From Octopus sinensis (Eukaryota): a DNA stretch of 64,000 nt. The position numbers were made by a program, and so were the translations under genes. The notes beneath the pieces are model-generated. The model worked only from the letters and a program-made list of their open reading frames with translations, ran no database searches and was not told the DNA's origin. The stretch's first letter is position 1. Every line of letters starts with the position of its first letter. Below, piece by piece: positions 41,180 through 53,904 of this stretch. The stretch is taken from NCBI RefSeq assembly GCF_006345805.1, contig NC_043024.1:5022001-5086000 (forward strand), in the 5' to 3' direction.

Positions 41180-41620
41180 ACAGTAATGCCTCGATATACA
41201 AGTTAATTTGTTCCCAGAGATTGCTCGTAAAGCGAAAACTTGCAAAACGGTGCCATAATTTCCCATAATAGCAATGTTATAAGTCGTTCCTAGAAAAATA
41301 TTTTATCCATAAAATTTATAATCCTCGAAAATAATTGACAATAAAACAACAGCAGAATGTAAAGAATATTTTATGTAAAGTAAAAAGAATGTTGAGATCA
41401 TATAAAATAAGAATTTATATTAGAATTGCTTTCTGAATCACTGTCACTCGCATTAGACTCACGCACACCATCACTTGAAAATGTGATCACCGTAGACGGC
41501 CTTGTAGATTTCTTTTTAAAACACAAGTCTAGAATTGTTTGCTTAGAATTCTCTTTTTGTTTTCACTCTCTATAAATTTCTTGGTAACACACACAAGCAT
41601 TTGTTACGGTCGAGGTCTCG
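41180..41620 (-). mobile_element. Tigger/pogo-like fragment
   Basis: TA|CAGTAATGCCTCG terminus. Minus-strand KQTILDLCFKKK followed by an acidic tail, resembling a pogo transposase C-terminus. Confidence 0.5.
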
Positions 41621-41700
41621 AAATTTAAGTGCATTTTCTGCAACACATTTTTCTATATATTTCTTTTCCTGCTTGGAAACACCACTCTCTCTTCTGCTAA

Positions 41701-41760
<60 letters not shown>

Positions 41761-42387
41761 TGTGTGTGGATGTATGTATGTGTGGATGTATGTGTGTGTG
41801 TGCGTGCGTGTGTATGTATGTACATATGTATGTATGTGTGTATATATGTATGCATGTGTGTGTATGTGTGTATGTATGTGTATATGTATGTATGTGTGTG
41901 TATATGTATGTATGTATGTATGTATGTATATTCTTTTATTTGTTTCAGTCCTTTAATTGCGGCCATGCTGTTGCATCGCCTTTATTTGAACAAATCGACC
42001 TAGGACTTATTCTTTTGCCAAACCGCTAAGTTATGGAGACATAAACATGCCAACATAGGTGTCAGTTCTCACAGGTTGTACGGTGTACACACATACACAT
42101 ACCACTTCCACACATATATGTGTGTATGTGTGTGTGTGTATACATATACACACATGCCTCTTAACCTTCTCGATGCCCTTCCTAATGCCAACCACTCTAC
42201 AGTGTACTGGGTGCTTTTTACATAGCTCCAGCACCAGTGATTTTTACCTGGTACCAACACCAATGGTTTTTTTATGTGGTACCAAGGTTTTAGGATATTA
42301 ATTCTGTGGAGGTGGGCAGGTCATCTTGTCTACAGCAATGTACCACATATTTCAGTCTCTTATTATCTCCTTCCGGAATGCGGCAAG

Positions 42388-42605
42388 CTGGCAGAATCGT
42401 TAGCACGCTGGGCGAAATGCTTAGCGGTATATTCGTCTGCCGTTACGTTGTGAGTTCAAATTCCGCCAAGATCGACTTTGCCTTTCATCCTTTCGGGGTC
42501 GATTAAATAAGTACCAGTTATGCACTGGGTCGATATAATCGACTTAATCCCTTTGTCTGTCCCCTCTATGTTTAGCCCCTTGTGGACAATAAAGAAATAA
42601 GAAGA
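42388..42605 (+). mobile_element. Third tRNA-derived SINE family (central gactttgcctttcatcctttcggggtcga domain)
   Basis: TGGCAGAATCG / GAGTTCAAATTCC boxes. Minus-strand copies at 10790-10890, 14735-14912 and 61925-62100. The central domain resembles the Meta-SINE domain from memory; not verified. Confidence 0.75.
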
Positions 42606-42914
42606 GTGAAATGTGTTTCTTTTGACATTCACAATAACAACTAACATATTTTGCATCTGGTTCTCCCCTGATATATTGGGAACAATTATGCAAATATTTG
42701 TAGTGTCTAATTTTACATCCACTACATCGAATGTGTGTCATCTACCAAATCCACTCACAAGGCTTTTATGAAACCAAGACTATAGTGAAAGACACACACC
42801 TAAGGTGACATGAAGTGATATGGAACCCAGAACCATGTGGTTGGGAAGAAGGCTTCTTATGACACAGACTACCTTCATTATTCTAGTTTTGTAACAAGTA
42901 ATCCCTGAAATCAA

Positions 42915-43200
42915 TGTATGTTCATACCAGAGAGAAGCTGTATCATGTTCATATCTGTGGTAAATAATTCTGTTAAAATAGTCACTTGACTAATGGCTTC
43001 AGACAAGAGAGAAGCCATAACATTACAATATCTGTTGTAATTTATTTTCTGTAAATGGTGTTTTAATTATACATGAATATGTTCATACCAGAGAGAAGCT
43101 ACATCACGGTTATATTTGTGGTAAATCATTCTCTCGTAGACCTAACTTAACTGTATGTCAATGCATTCCTTCAGAAGAGAAGCCATGTCAGTGTGACATC
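42915..43200 (+). pseudogene. Degenerate C2H2-ZNF relic (about 4 fingers), cut by an RTE insertion
   Basis: cataccagagagaagc / atatctgtggtaaa / tttgtggtaaatcattctct finger-linker motifs with stops. Confidence 0.75.
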
Positions 43201-44895
43201 ATCATTATCGTCATCGTTTAACATCCGTTATCCATGCTGGCATGGGTTGGACGGCTCGACTAGGGTCTGGGAGGCTAGGAGGCTGCACCAGGCTCCAGTC
43301 TGATCTGGCAGTGTTTCTACAGCTAGATACCCTTCCTAATGCCAACCACTCCATGTGTAGTGGGTGCTTTTTACGTGCCACCAGCAGAGGAGGCTGGTAA
43401 TGGCCACGATCGGTTGGTGATTTTCACTTGCCACTGACACAGAATCCAGTCAAGGCGGTGCTGTCATCAGCCACATTTGGATGGTGCTTTTTATGTGCCA
43501 CTGGCATGGGTATCACGACTACAATTTCCATTTGATTTTCATTTTGATGTTGATGTACTTGACTCAGTAGGTCTTCTCAAGCACAGCATGTTGCCCTACG
43601 ATCCAAGGTACTTTTGAGTGAGCTGGGGCTGGTTCTGTACAACTGGTGTGGGATAAAGCTGTGAACTCACTTTGTTTGCTGGGTCTTTGCAGTCACAGCA
43701 TATCTCCAGAGGTCTTGGTCTTTTGTCATTGCCTCTGTGAGGCCCAACATTCGAAGGTCATGCTTGACCACTTCATCCCATATCTTCCTGGGTCTACTTC
43801 TACCCTGGATTCCTTCAGCTGTTTGAGAGTGGCACTTCTTCACACAGCTCTCCTCATCCATCTGTTGTACATGACCATACAAGCGCAAACGTCTCTTTTG
43901 CATGCCACATCCAATGCTTCTTATGTCCAGCATTTCTCTCAGGGCACTTACACTCTGTTGTGTGTGCACACTGACATTACACATCCAGCGGATCATGCTA
44001 GTTTCATTTTTTTTGAGCCTACGCATGTTCTCAGTAGTCATGGCCCATGTTTCACTGCCGTGAAGCATGGCAGTTCGCACACATGCATTGTACAATCTAC
44101 CTTTCACTCAGAGCGAGAGGCCCTTTGTCACCAGTAGGGATAGCTTTCTGAACTTTGCCCAGGCTATTTTTATTCTAGTGGTAACTCTCTCTGAGCACCC
44201 ACCTCCACTACTAACTTGGCCACCTAGGTAGCGGAAGCTATCAACTACTTCTAGTTTCTTCCCCCTGGAGTGTAATGGAATCTGTTTTCTGAGTATCAAT
44301 GGTGTCTATTGCCCCTGTGCATCTGCTGCACATGAAAGCTATCTTCTCGGTTAACTTTCCTTTGATGTTGCTGCACCTCTTGTGTCCATAGCTTACACTG
44401 GGTACGTTTTATGGAGTTTCTACCTACATCTTTTCTACAGATCGAGCAGGGCCACCTACCTACTTACTAGAACTTTGGTCTTTGCTACATTGACCCTAAC
44501 ACCTTTTGATTCTAAACCTTTCTTCCACACCTGAAATTTCTTCTCTAGCTACAGTAGTAATTCTGCTGGGCCAGGTCATCAGCATAGAGGAGCTCCCAAG
44601 GGCAACCTGTCTTGGATTCCTCTGCTATTGCCTGGAGGACTATGATGAATAAAAGGGGACCGAGGGCTAATCCTTAGTGGACCCCTACTTCTACCCGGAA
44701 TTCTTCACTATACTCATTGCCAATCCTAACCTTACTAATGACCTCTCTGTATAGGGCCTGTACAGCCCTTATTAACCATTAGTCAATCCCCAGTTTCTGA
44801 ATCGCCCACCTGATAAGGGATTGCGGGACCCTATGAAAGGCTTTCTCCAAGTCCACAATAGCTATGTATAGGGGTTTATCTTTGGCTACATTAGT
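43197..44895 (-). mobile_element. RTE LINE 3' portion (same family as 28 kb), degraded
   Basis: Reverse-strand KGRLYNACVRTAMLHGSETW..., KLEVVDSFRYLG, and the shared 3' UTR with (CAT)n tail at 43197. Confidence 0.88.
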
Positions 44896-45135
44896 GTTGC
44901 AGATTTCAACTATATATACATATATATATATGTATGTATATATATATGTATGTATATATATATGTATGTATATATATATGTATGTATGTATATATATATG
45001 TATGTATATATATATGTATGTATATATATATGTATGTATATATATATATGTATGTATATATATATATAGTATGTATATATATGTATGTATATATATATGT
45101 ATGTATATATATATGTATGTATATATATATGTATG

Positions 45136-45169
<34 letters not shown>

Positions 45170-45368
45170 AGATAAGAAAATGGAGAAACACATCTAAATC
45201 AAATATCAATTACCAGATAATACTCAATCACATACTTTATTAAACCACCACATAAGAGACTGTAGGGTTAAATATAAAAAGCAGAACAAATCAGTGTACA
45301 TAAAAAAGTAATGTTGTATAATAATTAGAATATATATATAAAAGAATATAAATATAAGCATACATTAG

Positions 45369-45495
45369 ATCTTACAGCTGTTTCGGCCATGTCGATAATT
45401 ATGTCTCATTTTACCAATATTAGCCCTTTATGGTTGGTCAATATATAGATATAAATGAGACATTAACAAAAATATCACAAGGCCTCTTCGGAGAT
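45369..45495 (-). ncRNA. Hammerhead ribozyme, same family as 6918, core variant CCGAAGA
   Basis: Reverse strand reads atct-CCGAAGA-ggcc...(92 nt including a tgtctcattt/aaatgagaca stem)...ggcc-GAAACAGCTGT-A-agat. Confidence 0.72.
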
Positions 45496-45826
45496 TATGT
45501 AATATAACACAGTCTACACATATACCCACATGAGTGTGGGTGCGTACCCACAATACAACATATATATATACACATGAGTGCATATACTCACACTCCTAAC
45601 ATCTAATTCTTGCATCTTGTCACCAACATCTTTTTATCCCTGATACTCCCACCCACTCTTAGGTAAAAGTATACTTGGAAAAATTTGCAAAGGTGTTTGT
45701 ATTAGCTTCAGATATTCACAAAGATCAGATTTGCTGTGATTATAGCTGTAGAAGTTCTTGTATCAACAGAGAAATATATAAAGAAAGAAAAACTGCATTT
45801 TGTGCTTGTCTACTGGAGAACAATAA

Positions 45827-46473
45827 TGAATCCTCAAGAGATGACAAAAGAAAAAGAATTATCATACCAATGTGATATCTGTAAAAAGTTTATATCTAGT
45901 AAGGGAAATCTCACTGTTCACAAACATATCTATGCAGGTGGAAAGCAATATCATTGTGATATCTGTGGAAAGTCTTTTTTGGTGAAAAGTAACCTTACTT
46001 CTCACAAATCCATTCATATAGGAGAGAAACCATATCACTTCAATATTTGTGACAAATCCTTCATAGTAATAAGTAATTTAACTTCTCATGAACTTACTCA
46101 TACAAATGAGAGACCTTATCACTGTGATATTTGTGGTCAATCATTCTATCATAGGAGTAGCCTTACTTATCACAAATCCATTCATATAGGAGAAAAACCA
46201 TGACTGATATTTGTGGTAAATCATTCTCTCAAAAATCTAACCTTACTAGACACAAATCCATTCATACAAGAGAGAAGCAATATCAATGTAATATCTGTGG
46301 TATGGCATTCTCTCATAAAAGGAAATTATCTCAGCATGAAGCCACTCATACAAGAGACAATCCATATCCCTGTGATATATCTGTGTAAATCATTTCTTTC
46401 TCAAGGCAGTTTAACCTCTCATAGATACATTCACGCAGCAGAGAAACGATATTCTTGTGAAATATTTGTCTAA
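45827..46473 (+). pseudogene. Diverged C2H2 zinc-finger gene with two frameshifts
   Basis: Three overlapping ORFs (45736..46203, 46200..46388, 46213..46473) tile one finger array: YQCDICKK.., [10 protein letters not shown].., HIGEKP. The N-terminus (MNPQEMTKEKEL) differs from A-F. Confidence 0.85.
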
Positions 46474-46809
46474 AAGGATTGCCCAACATTTACTGAATCT
46501 TGAGTCTGTGTGCCCCAGATTCCTAAATTGTTCTCATCACCTTCTTCTAAGTAAAATGCATTTGACCTCATCTATTTTCTGTACATTTCTTGTATTTTTT
46601 GCATGTGTATTTGCTTTCCAGCTTATTAAGGCTTTAGTCTTTGCTAAAAATATCTTTTATCATGCTGTTATTGATTCAGGATCTCAAAGGGGCGGCCCAA
46701 TATATATATATATATATATATAATAATTATTTGAAGGAATATTAATCCTAACTTACAAGGAAAAAAAATTCAATTTAAAAATACTAAATCAAATTTCACA
46801 CAATATAAT

Positions 46810-47150
46810 ATATATATATATAAAAAATTAGAAAAAACACCTTTTATCAATTCAAAATGAACAATTAAATTACACCATCTAGAAAATTACATATAATAGA
46901 AATATTAAAATTAAAGTAACAATAAAATACCAATGATTAAGTAAATTGCAAAAAAATAATAAAAACGTATGTAATTCGTAGAATACGTTTTTATTATTTT
47001 TTTGCAATTTACTTAATCATTGGTATTTCTTTGTTATTTTAATTTTAATATTTCTATTAATGTAATTTTCTAGATGGTGTAATTCAATTGTTCATTTTGA
47101 ATTGATAAAAGGTGTTTTTTTCTAATTTTACTATATATATATATATATAT
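46810..47150. repeat. Near-perfect AT-rich palindrome (arms about 160 bp, 12-nt loop)
   Basis: The left arm ends aaaaacgtat at 46970 and the right arm begins atacgttttt at 46983. (TA)n at both outer ends. Confidence 0.9.
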
Positions 47151-47399
47151 ATACATTATTGGAAAACCTATATGATATTAGCTGAAGATTACTTGACATA
47201 TTATATTTGCAGCTTTAATAAATTGTTATAGTATGAAACAATTGTACTAAATTACTGGATCCATTCTTGTTGCTTATTTTTTGGTTATAATCACCCCACA
47301 TAATTTTATGGGTAATACCATAAAAAATTCTGGTGCATCTAAATTAAGTACCATATTCATTTGAATCTAAATTGTTTTGCTGAACTTATATATATACAC

Positions 47400-47430
<31 letters not shown>

Positions 47431-47433
47431 TAT

Positions 47434-48130
47434 ACAAGGTGTTCCAGAAGTCTTGGGCACATTTTGACATTGAACATCTTGCAAACTATTAAGGACATAA
47501 AAACGCATCAGATATATTCTGAAAGTTTGCAGTTTCAAGTTTTTTAAGGAATTTTCCAAGAAGTTCAATGTGAGCACCATTGGGGACACGGCACACATCA
47601 AGTCCAATGCGTTCCAGCATTGCGTTGTCGATAGTTGCAATTTGGACCTTCAGTTCATCCACATCTTTTGAAAGAGGAGACACATAGACCAGTCCTGAGA
47701 TCTGGAGACCTGGGAGGCCAGGGCATAAGAACACGATCATCTCGCCCAGACCGTCCATCTGTCTGGAAGTGTTGTGTTCAGATACTCTCTAACACCCCCC
47801 ATCCTGTTGGAAAATGAAGTCCCTACTGGCTCTTCTGATCAATTTACGGGGTCTCTGATGGAAGGCAGTTCGAACTCGCTCAACTGTATCATCTGAAGTT
47901 GAGGGGCATCCTGTTCTCTTAGCTGGGTACAAATAGCAATCCTTCATGAATTTACCATCTCAATATGGACTTCCTTTCTGGTGCCTCTTTTCGGAATTTT
48001 GTGTGAAATGCATGTTGAACAAGTGTCCATGATTCAGTTTTTGCAAATTCAAGGATGCAAAACGCCTTTTCTGGTTGAGTGAACACCATTGCTGGATCTG
48101 AAAAATATGAAAAAATCATTAGCATTGCAA
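47434..48130 (-). mobile_element. IS630-Tc1-mariner element (DUF4817-type HTH), internally deleted
   Basis: TA|CAAGGTGTTCCAGAAG terminus. Minus-strand MVFTQPEKAFCILEFAKTESWTLVQHAF..., GRDDRVLMPWPPRSPDL and DELKVQI...NGAHIE. The second TIR was not found. Confidence 0.78.
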
Positions 48131-48143
48131 AAGACTATATATT

Positions 48144-48190
<47 letters not shown>

Positions 48191-48443
48191 GGGTTAAGCA
48201 ACAAGTTGCTTCACCGTGGAGTCATATCTGTAGTAAAGAGGAAATGAGCTGTCTTTTGGCTGCTATTTCTAAATTTTCGGTATGTGGTGAAGCAACTTGT
48301 TGCTAAACCCTTAATTATATTTAATTATATATAAAAACATTTTTTATAAAAGTTTCTACCGATGATGGTTTTCTTTCCATACTGAAATTACTTGGTAAAA
48401 TTTATTAATTATTAAATTAATAATTCTTTACCCTGTATCTGTG

Positions 48444-48478
<35 letters not shown>

Positions 48479-48479
48479 A

Positions 48480-48775
48480 AGAGAAAATGGGACAAGAATG
48501 CAAAACATCCGGACACCTAGGTGGTACAAAAAGGGACAACAAAACATCCAGATAGACGATACAAAGAAAACAAGGACGGGTCATACGAAGTTCTCTTTCC
48601 TCAGTCAAGTACCAGATTATCCTCGCAATTTCGACTGATTATTCTTGAGGTTGCTCCAATCTGGCCAGCCCCAAGGAAAAACTAAGCTAAGAGCTTTAGA
48701 TTCCTCGGAAGAAAGCAGCAAATGTATACAAAAACAAGGACGGAAAAAATGGACAAAAATGTGGTAATTGTTCAG
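48480..48775 (-). repeat. Dispersed repeat of unknown class, second copy at about 9300-9555 (+)
   Basis: ccttggggctggccagattgg...gaaattgcgaggat..atctgg is shared between the two copies; this copy ends at a TA microsatellite. Confidence 0.7.
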
Positions 48776-49211
48776 TTTAATGACATAAAAAAGTAAATAA
48801 AAATTAAGGGGGAGATAAGTAGTAAAAGCAGTTTACTTTTTATACAGCATAAGACTAGCGATCACCACCAGAAAGTGAACAAAGGACTTATTTTTCTCAA
48901 TAGAATTACACCTGAGGATCTCAAGGAGATATGAAACAATTCGTCTGATGTCCCAAATTATCGTCTCAACTTCCATTTCACTCACATCCACATATTTTCT
49001 TCATTTTCTGATCGTTCTGATCATGACAATTGATTGTAAAGTAAAGAATGTCCAAACATCTTTAAGTTGACATGTTTATGTTCCTTTGTTATGTCCCTTT
49101 GCTTCTTTTACTACTTACCCCCCCCCCCAATTTTTATTTACTTTTTTTACATTAATAAAATGAACAATTACGATATACATATATATAAATACACACACAG
49201 AGACATATATA

Positions 49212-49548
49212 CTCTTTTACTTGTTTCAGTCATTTAACTGCGGCCATGCTGGAGCACCACCTTTGATTGAGCAACTCGACCCCGGGACTTATTCTTTGTA
49301 AGCCTAGTACTTATTCTATCGGTCCCTTTTGCTGAACCGCTAAGTGACGGGGACATAAACACACCAGCATCGGTTGTCAAGCAATGCTAGGGGAACAAAC
49401 ACAGACACACACGCACATATATATATATATACGACGGGCTTCTTTCAGTTTCCGTCTACCAAATCCATTCACAAAGCTTTGGTCAGCCCAAGGCTACAGT
49501 AGAAGACACTTGTCCAAGGTGCCACGCAGTGGGACTGAACCTGGAACC
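49212..49548 (-). mobile_element. SINE, same family as 8245, 5' end lost
   Basis: Colinear with 8245-8580. Confidence 0.85.
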
Positions 49549-49704
49549 ATATATATATATATGAGCAAAATGCTCCCCGTCCAATGGACGGTGCTGTGTT
49601 GTCAAACATTTAAACCAAATTTTCTCAAAACAACTTGTCCGACCGTCCCATAGGCCTCCCCTTTGAGAAACACTGATTTAACCTAAATTTGAGATACCAG
49701 CAAA

Positions 49705-50580
49705 AGAAGAAATAAAGATGCACTGTGATATCTGCAGTAAATCATTCTGTGAATGAAAATACTTAACTAATCATAAGTTAACTCATACCAGAGAGAAACT
49801 ATACCGCTGGGATATCTGCAGCAAATCATTCTCTCAAGAAGGAGCTATCATCATCATCATTGCTTAGTGTCTGCTTTCCATGCACGGGTTGGACGGTTCA
49901 ACTGGGGTCTGTGAAACCAGAAGGCTGCACCAGGCCCAGTCTGATCTGGCAATGTTTCTGCAGCTGGATGCCCTTCCTAACGCCAACGACTCCGTGAGTG
50001 TAGTGGGTGCTTTTTACGTGCCACCGACACAGGTGCCAGACGAGGCTGGCAAACGGCCACGATTGGATGGTGCTTTTTACGTGCCACCGACACAGGTGCC
50101 AGACGAGGCTGGCAAACGGCCACGATCGAATGGTGCTTTTTACGTGCCACCAGCATGGAGGCCAGTCGGGGCGGCGCTGGCAACAGCCACGTTTGGATGG
50201 TTCTCTTACGTGCCTTCGGCACTGGCATCACAGCTACAATCTCCATTGATGTTGATCAATTTCGATTTTCATTATATATACTCATATATAGTATTGCTGT
50301 ATATACCCATAAATGTATTCATACGGGAGAGAAACCCTATTACTGTGATATCAGTGGTAAATCATTCTCTGTGGAACAATATTGAACTCATCACAAATAC
50401 ATTCATACAGGAGAGAAATCATATCACTGTGACATCTGTGACAAGTCATTCTTTCATAGAGAGAAATAATAAACTAAACACAAACATATTCATTCAGGAG
50501 AAGATTCTGATGACTGTGTAATCTGTGCTAAATCATTCTCTCAATAATCTACCTTAACTAAATATATACTTATTCATATT
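49705..50580 (+). pseudogene. Degenerate C2H2-ZNF relic split by an RTE 3'-end insertion (49850-50270)
   Basis: cactgtgatatctgcagtaaatcattc and HTGEKPYYCDISGKSFS motifs on both sides of the insertion. Confidence 0.75.
49850..50275 (-). mobile_element. RTE 3' UTR fragment with ~62-bp tandem repeats
   Basis: Reverse complement of 29850-30300; (CAT)n tail at 49847-49860. Confidence 0.8.
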
Positions 50581-51019
50581 GATCAATAACAATATCAATG
50601 ATAAAACAGACGTCCTGGTGAATAAATTACAGCAAATGTATTACTTTTTACAAAATAAATTCATTTTTCACATTTTCTTCATTTGCATCAACTCACTAAT
50701 TACGATGTGTGTTTTTTATTCAAACAATATTAATTATATTATTTTGCTCTGTTTTCTTGAGGATATATTATTTTGACACAATTGTATTACACTCCAGTTC
50801 CCAGCCATGATCAGTTATCCTCTGCTGGACACGCTCAGGGATCCCAGGATCTGCACCCTTTGTACTACTGCCCACATATTCTAGCCCTAGCTGGAGGCTT
50901 ATTGCTGTTTGTTACAGTTTTGGGTGCAGAGTGGGAAATATTTTTCAAAAGCTTTATCCGTATCCTACCTTCTGTCCAAATACATCTCAGCTCAACCCAT
51001 GCAATGGATAATACAACTT

Positions 51020-51391
51020 ACTCTTTTACTTGTTTCAGTCATTTGACTGTGGCCATGCTGGAGCACCGCCATTAGTCGAGCAAGTCAACTCCAGGACTTA
51101 TTCTTTGTAAGCCTAGTACTTATTCTGTAGGCCTCTTTTGCTGAACCGCTAAGTTACAGAGACGTAAACACACCAGCATCGGTTGTCAAGCGATGTTGGG
51201 AACAAACACAGACACACACACATATATATGATGGTCTTCTTTCAGTTTCCATCTATCAAATCCACTCACAAGGCTTTGGTCAGCCCGAGGCTATAGTAAA
51301 AGACACTAGCCCAAGATGCCACGCAGTGGGACTGAACCCGGAACCATGTGGTTGGTAAGCAAGCTACTTACCACACAGCCACTCCTGCGCC
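51020..51391 (-). mobile_element. SINE, same family, full length
   Basis: Colinear with 8245-8625; an adjacent head-only copy lies at 51398-51558. Confidence 0.88.
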
Positions 51392-51933
51392 TATATACGA
51401 CAGACTTCTTTCAGTTTCCGTCTACCAAATCCACTCACAAGGTTTTGGTCGACCTGAGGCTATAGTAGAAGACACTTGCCCAAGATGCCATGCAGTAGGA
51501 CTGAACCCAGAGCCATGTGGTTGGTAAGCAAGCTACTTACCACACAGCCACTCCTGCGGATATATCATGCTAGCATGGGTTGGACGGTTCAACCGGGGAT
51601 CTGGGAAGCCAGAAGGCTGCACCAGGCTCCAGTCTTATCTGGCAATGTTTCTACAGCTGGATGCCCTTCCTAACGCCAACAACTCCGTGAGTGTAGTCAC
51701 ACACACCCACTCCTGTGCCTATATTCAGATATTATATAAACTATGGAATATTGAACAATAACGTTCTACTATCTTCAGAAACCTGATAAGCCACTGTTGT
51801 TTAGCCCCAGGTCATCTCTGACAAGGTAGATCTATTAATGAAATTAGGTTGTGTTCACGACGGCCACGACTTATAACTTAGCAACAACGGTAGAAGCTTT
51901 CTGAACTTTCTTCAGCTTGTTGTTATTCTAGCA

Positions 51934-52152
51934 CAGTGGTTTTCAACCAGGGATCCGCGGAACCTTAGGGTTCTGCCAGTACAGTCCAGGGGTTCCGCAA
52001 GAAGTTACAAAAATGCTAAAATCGGCCGTAATTTTTAATTCTCCTGTGCAGATATGTGTGCATAAAACTATTAAATTATTGCACAAGGGTTCCTCGAGCC
52101 AGTGGAATGTTTCCTTGGGGTTCCGCTCCAGCTAAAAGGTTGAAAAGCACTG
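51934..52152. mobile_element. hAT (Charlie-like) MITE, 219 bp
   Basis: TIRs CAGTGGTTTTCAACC / GGTTGAAAAGCACTG; 8-bp TSD ttctagca / atctagca. Confidence 0.88.
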
Positions 52153-52309
52153 ATCTAGCAGCTATGCTTTCAAAGCATCTACCTCCACTTTTGACTTGGT
52201 CACCCAGAAAACAAAAGCTCTCAACAATCTAGTTCCTCACCCTGGCATGTGATGGAGTCTATTTTGAGGATTATTTGATTCTTTCACCCGCACTTAGGAA
52301 AAAAAAAAG

Positions 52310-53077
52310 GAAAACTCAGATTTTTTGCATGGAATCAAGTACCCTGACCTAATATGCTGTAAACTCCTTATTTTTGTTCAGAAAAAAAGTGGGGGCTGAC
52401 TCACCTCATATCCTGGAATCATTGGAAATATTTTCTCTTTTTTTGTATCATTGAATGAATTCTGATGACCACCTAATATGCTAAAAGACCCATTTTGGGG
52501 TCCGGAAAACGGGCTGGGGTGAGGTGGAAGCCTCGGAAATTTCAACTGCACGATTTTCACTAAGAAAAAAAAAATTCGGATTTTTGCATGGAATCAAGTA
52601 CTCTGACCTCATAATATACTGCAAATCCCTTATTTTTGTTCGGAAAAAAGGGGTGGGTGTGAAACCAGACACCCTCTATATTCTGGAATAAATGGAATTT
52701 TTTTTTTGTTTATTGACTGAATTCCGATGACCTAATATGCTAAAAAAAAAAACATTTTTGGGTCCGGAAAATGGGGTCGGGTGAGGTGGAAGCCTCGGAA
52801 ATTTCACCCCACCCACCTCCATTGATTTTTTTCATGGAATCAAGTACCCTGACCTCATAATATTCTGCAAACCCCTTACTTTTGTTGGGAAAAAAGGGTT
52901 GGGTGAGAAACCGGACCCCTCCCCCCTATCCTTGAATCACTGGAAATTTTTTTTTCAAGTTGACTGAATTCCAGTGACCTAATATGCTACAAAACCCTTT
53001 TGGGGGTCCGGAAAACGGGCTGGGGTGGAACCCTCGGAAATTTCACTCCCGCCCCCATTTTCAAATATTTTTTGCTA
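52310..53077 (+). repeat. ~250-bp tandem array, three units
   Basis: gcatggaatcaagta..ctgacct recurs at 52326, 52586 and 52832; an inverted copy lies at 53905-54290. Confidence 0.85.
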
Positions 53078-53090
53078 TTTCTTTCTTTAC

Positions 53091-53462
53091 CGCAGGAGTG
53101 GCTGTGTGGTAAGTAGCTTGCTTACCAACCACATGGTTCTGGGTTCAGTCCCACTGCGTGGCGTCTTGGGCAAATGTCTTCTGCTATAGCCCCGGGCCGA
53201 CCAATGCCTTGTAAGTGGATTTGGTAGACGGAAACTGAATAAAGCTCGTCGTATATATATGTATATGTGTGTTTGTCTCCCCACCAACGCTTGACAACCG
53301 ATGCTGGTGTGATTACGTCTCCGTCAAATAGCGGTTCGGCAAAAGAGACCGATAGAATAAGTACTGGGCTTACAAAGAATAAGTCCCGGGGTCGAGTTGC
53401 TCGACTAAGGGCGGTGCTCCAGCATGGCCGCAGTCAAATGACTGAAACAAGTAAAAGAGTAA
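53091..53462 (+). mobile_element. SINE, same family, full length
   Basis: gcaggagtggctgtgtggtaag...ggttcagtccc...gactgaaacaagtaaaagagtaaaga. Confidence 0.88.
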
Positions 53463-53849
53463 AGAGAGTACCCATAATTTTAGATAACATTTTGCAGAAA
53501 TACGTTTTCAAGAGAGTGTAGATTACATTCGATTGAAAATTCAAAGAAGTTTGAAAAGAATAAATGAAAATGCAGAGGTTACAGAAGTTAGTGGTAACGA
53601 AATGTCGAGAGGTAGACGATAAATTCATCTTTATTAACAAAATATCTTTTCCTACCTCTTAAAATCACTGGATATAATATATATAATAATCCTGAATAGA
53701 TTTTCCTGGCTTGCCGGTCCTCAGCCAAACTGTCCCATGCCAGTATGGAAAGCTACATATTAAAAAGAAACACATTTCGGCGCCAAAAAATAGATTTCCT
53801 TTTTGCAGTTTTTGGCGCCGAAATATTCGTTTTTCTGTGGGGATAGATA

Positions 53850-53880
<31 letters not shown>

Positions 53881-53904
53881 TGAGTAGGTGACGAAGTTTA
53901 CCTG

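Noticed and set aside
30281-45209. Dozens of Y/I/M/C/V/H/T-rich ORFs in the ORF track
   Set aside because: They are translations of TA/TG/CA microsatellites, not genes.
48355-48400. Possible hammerhead ccgatga-tgg..cca-tact-gaaa
   Set aside because: Four extra bases lie between stem II and GAAA, and there is no convincing stem III or NUH triplet.
48575-48625. CTGAGGA...CGAA hammerhead-like motif in the 9.4/48.6-kb repeat
   Set aside because: The register of stem II and GAAA does not fit, and the two copies disagree at the core.
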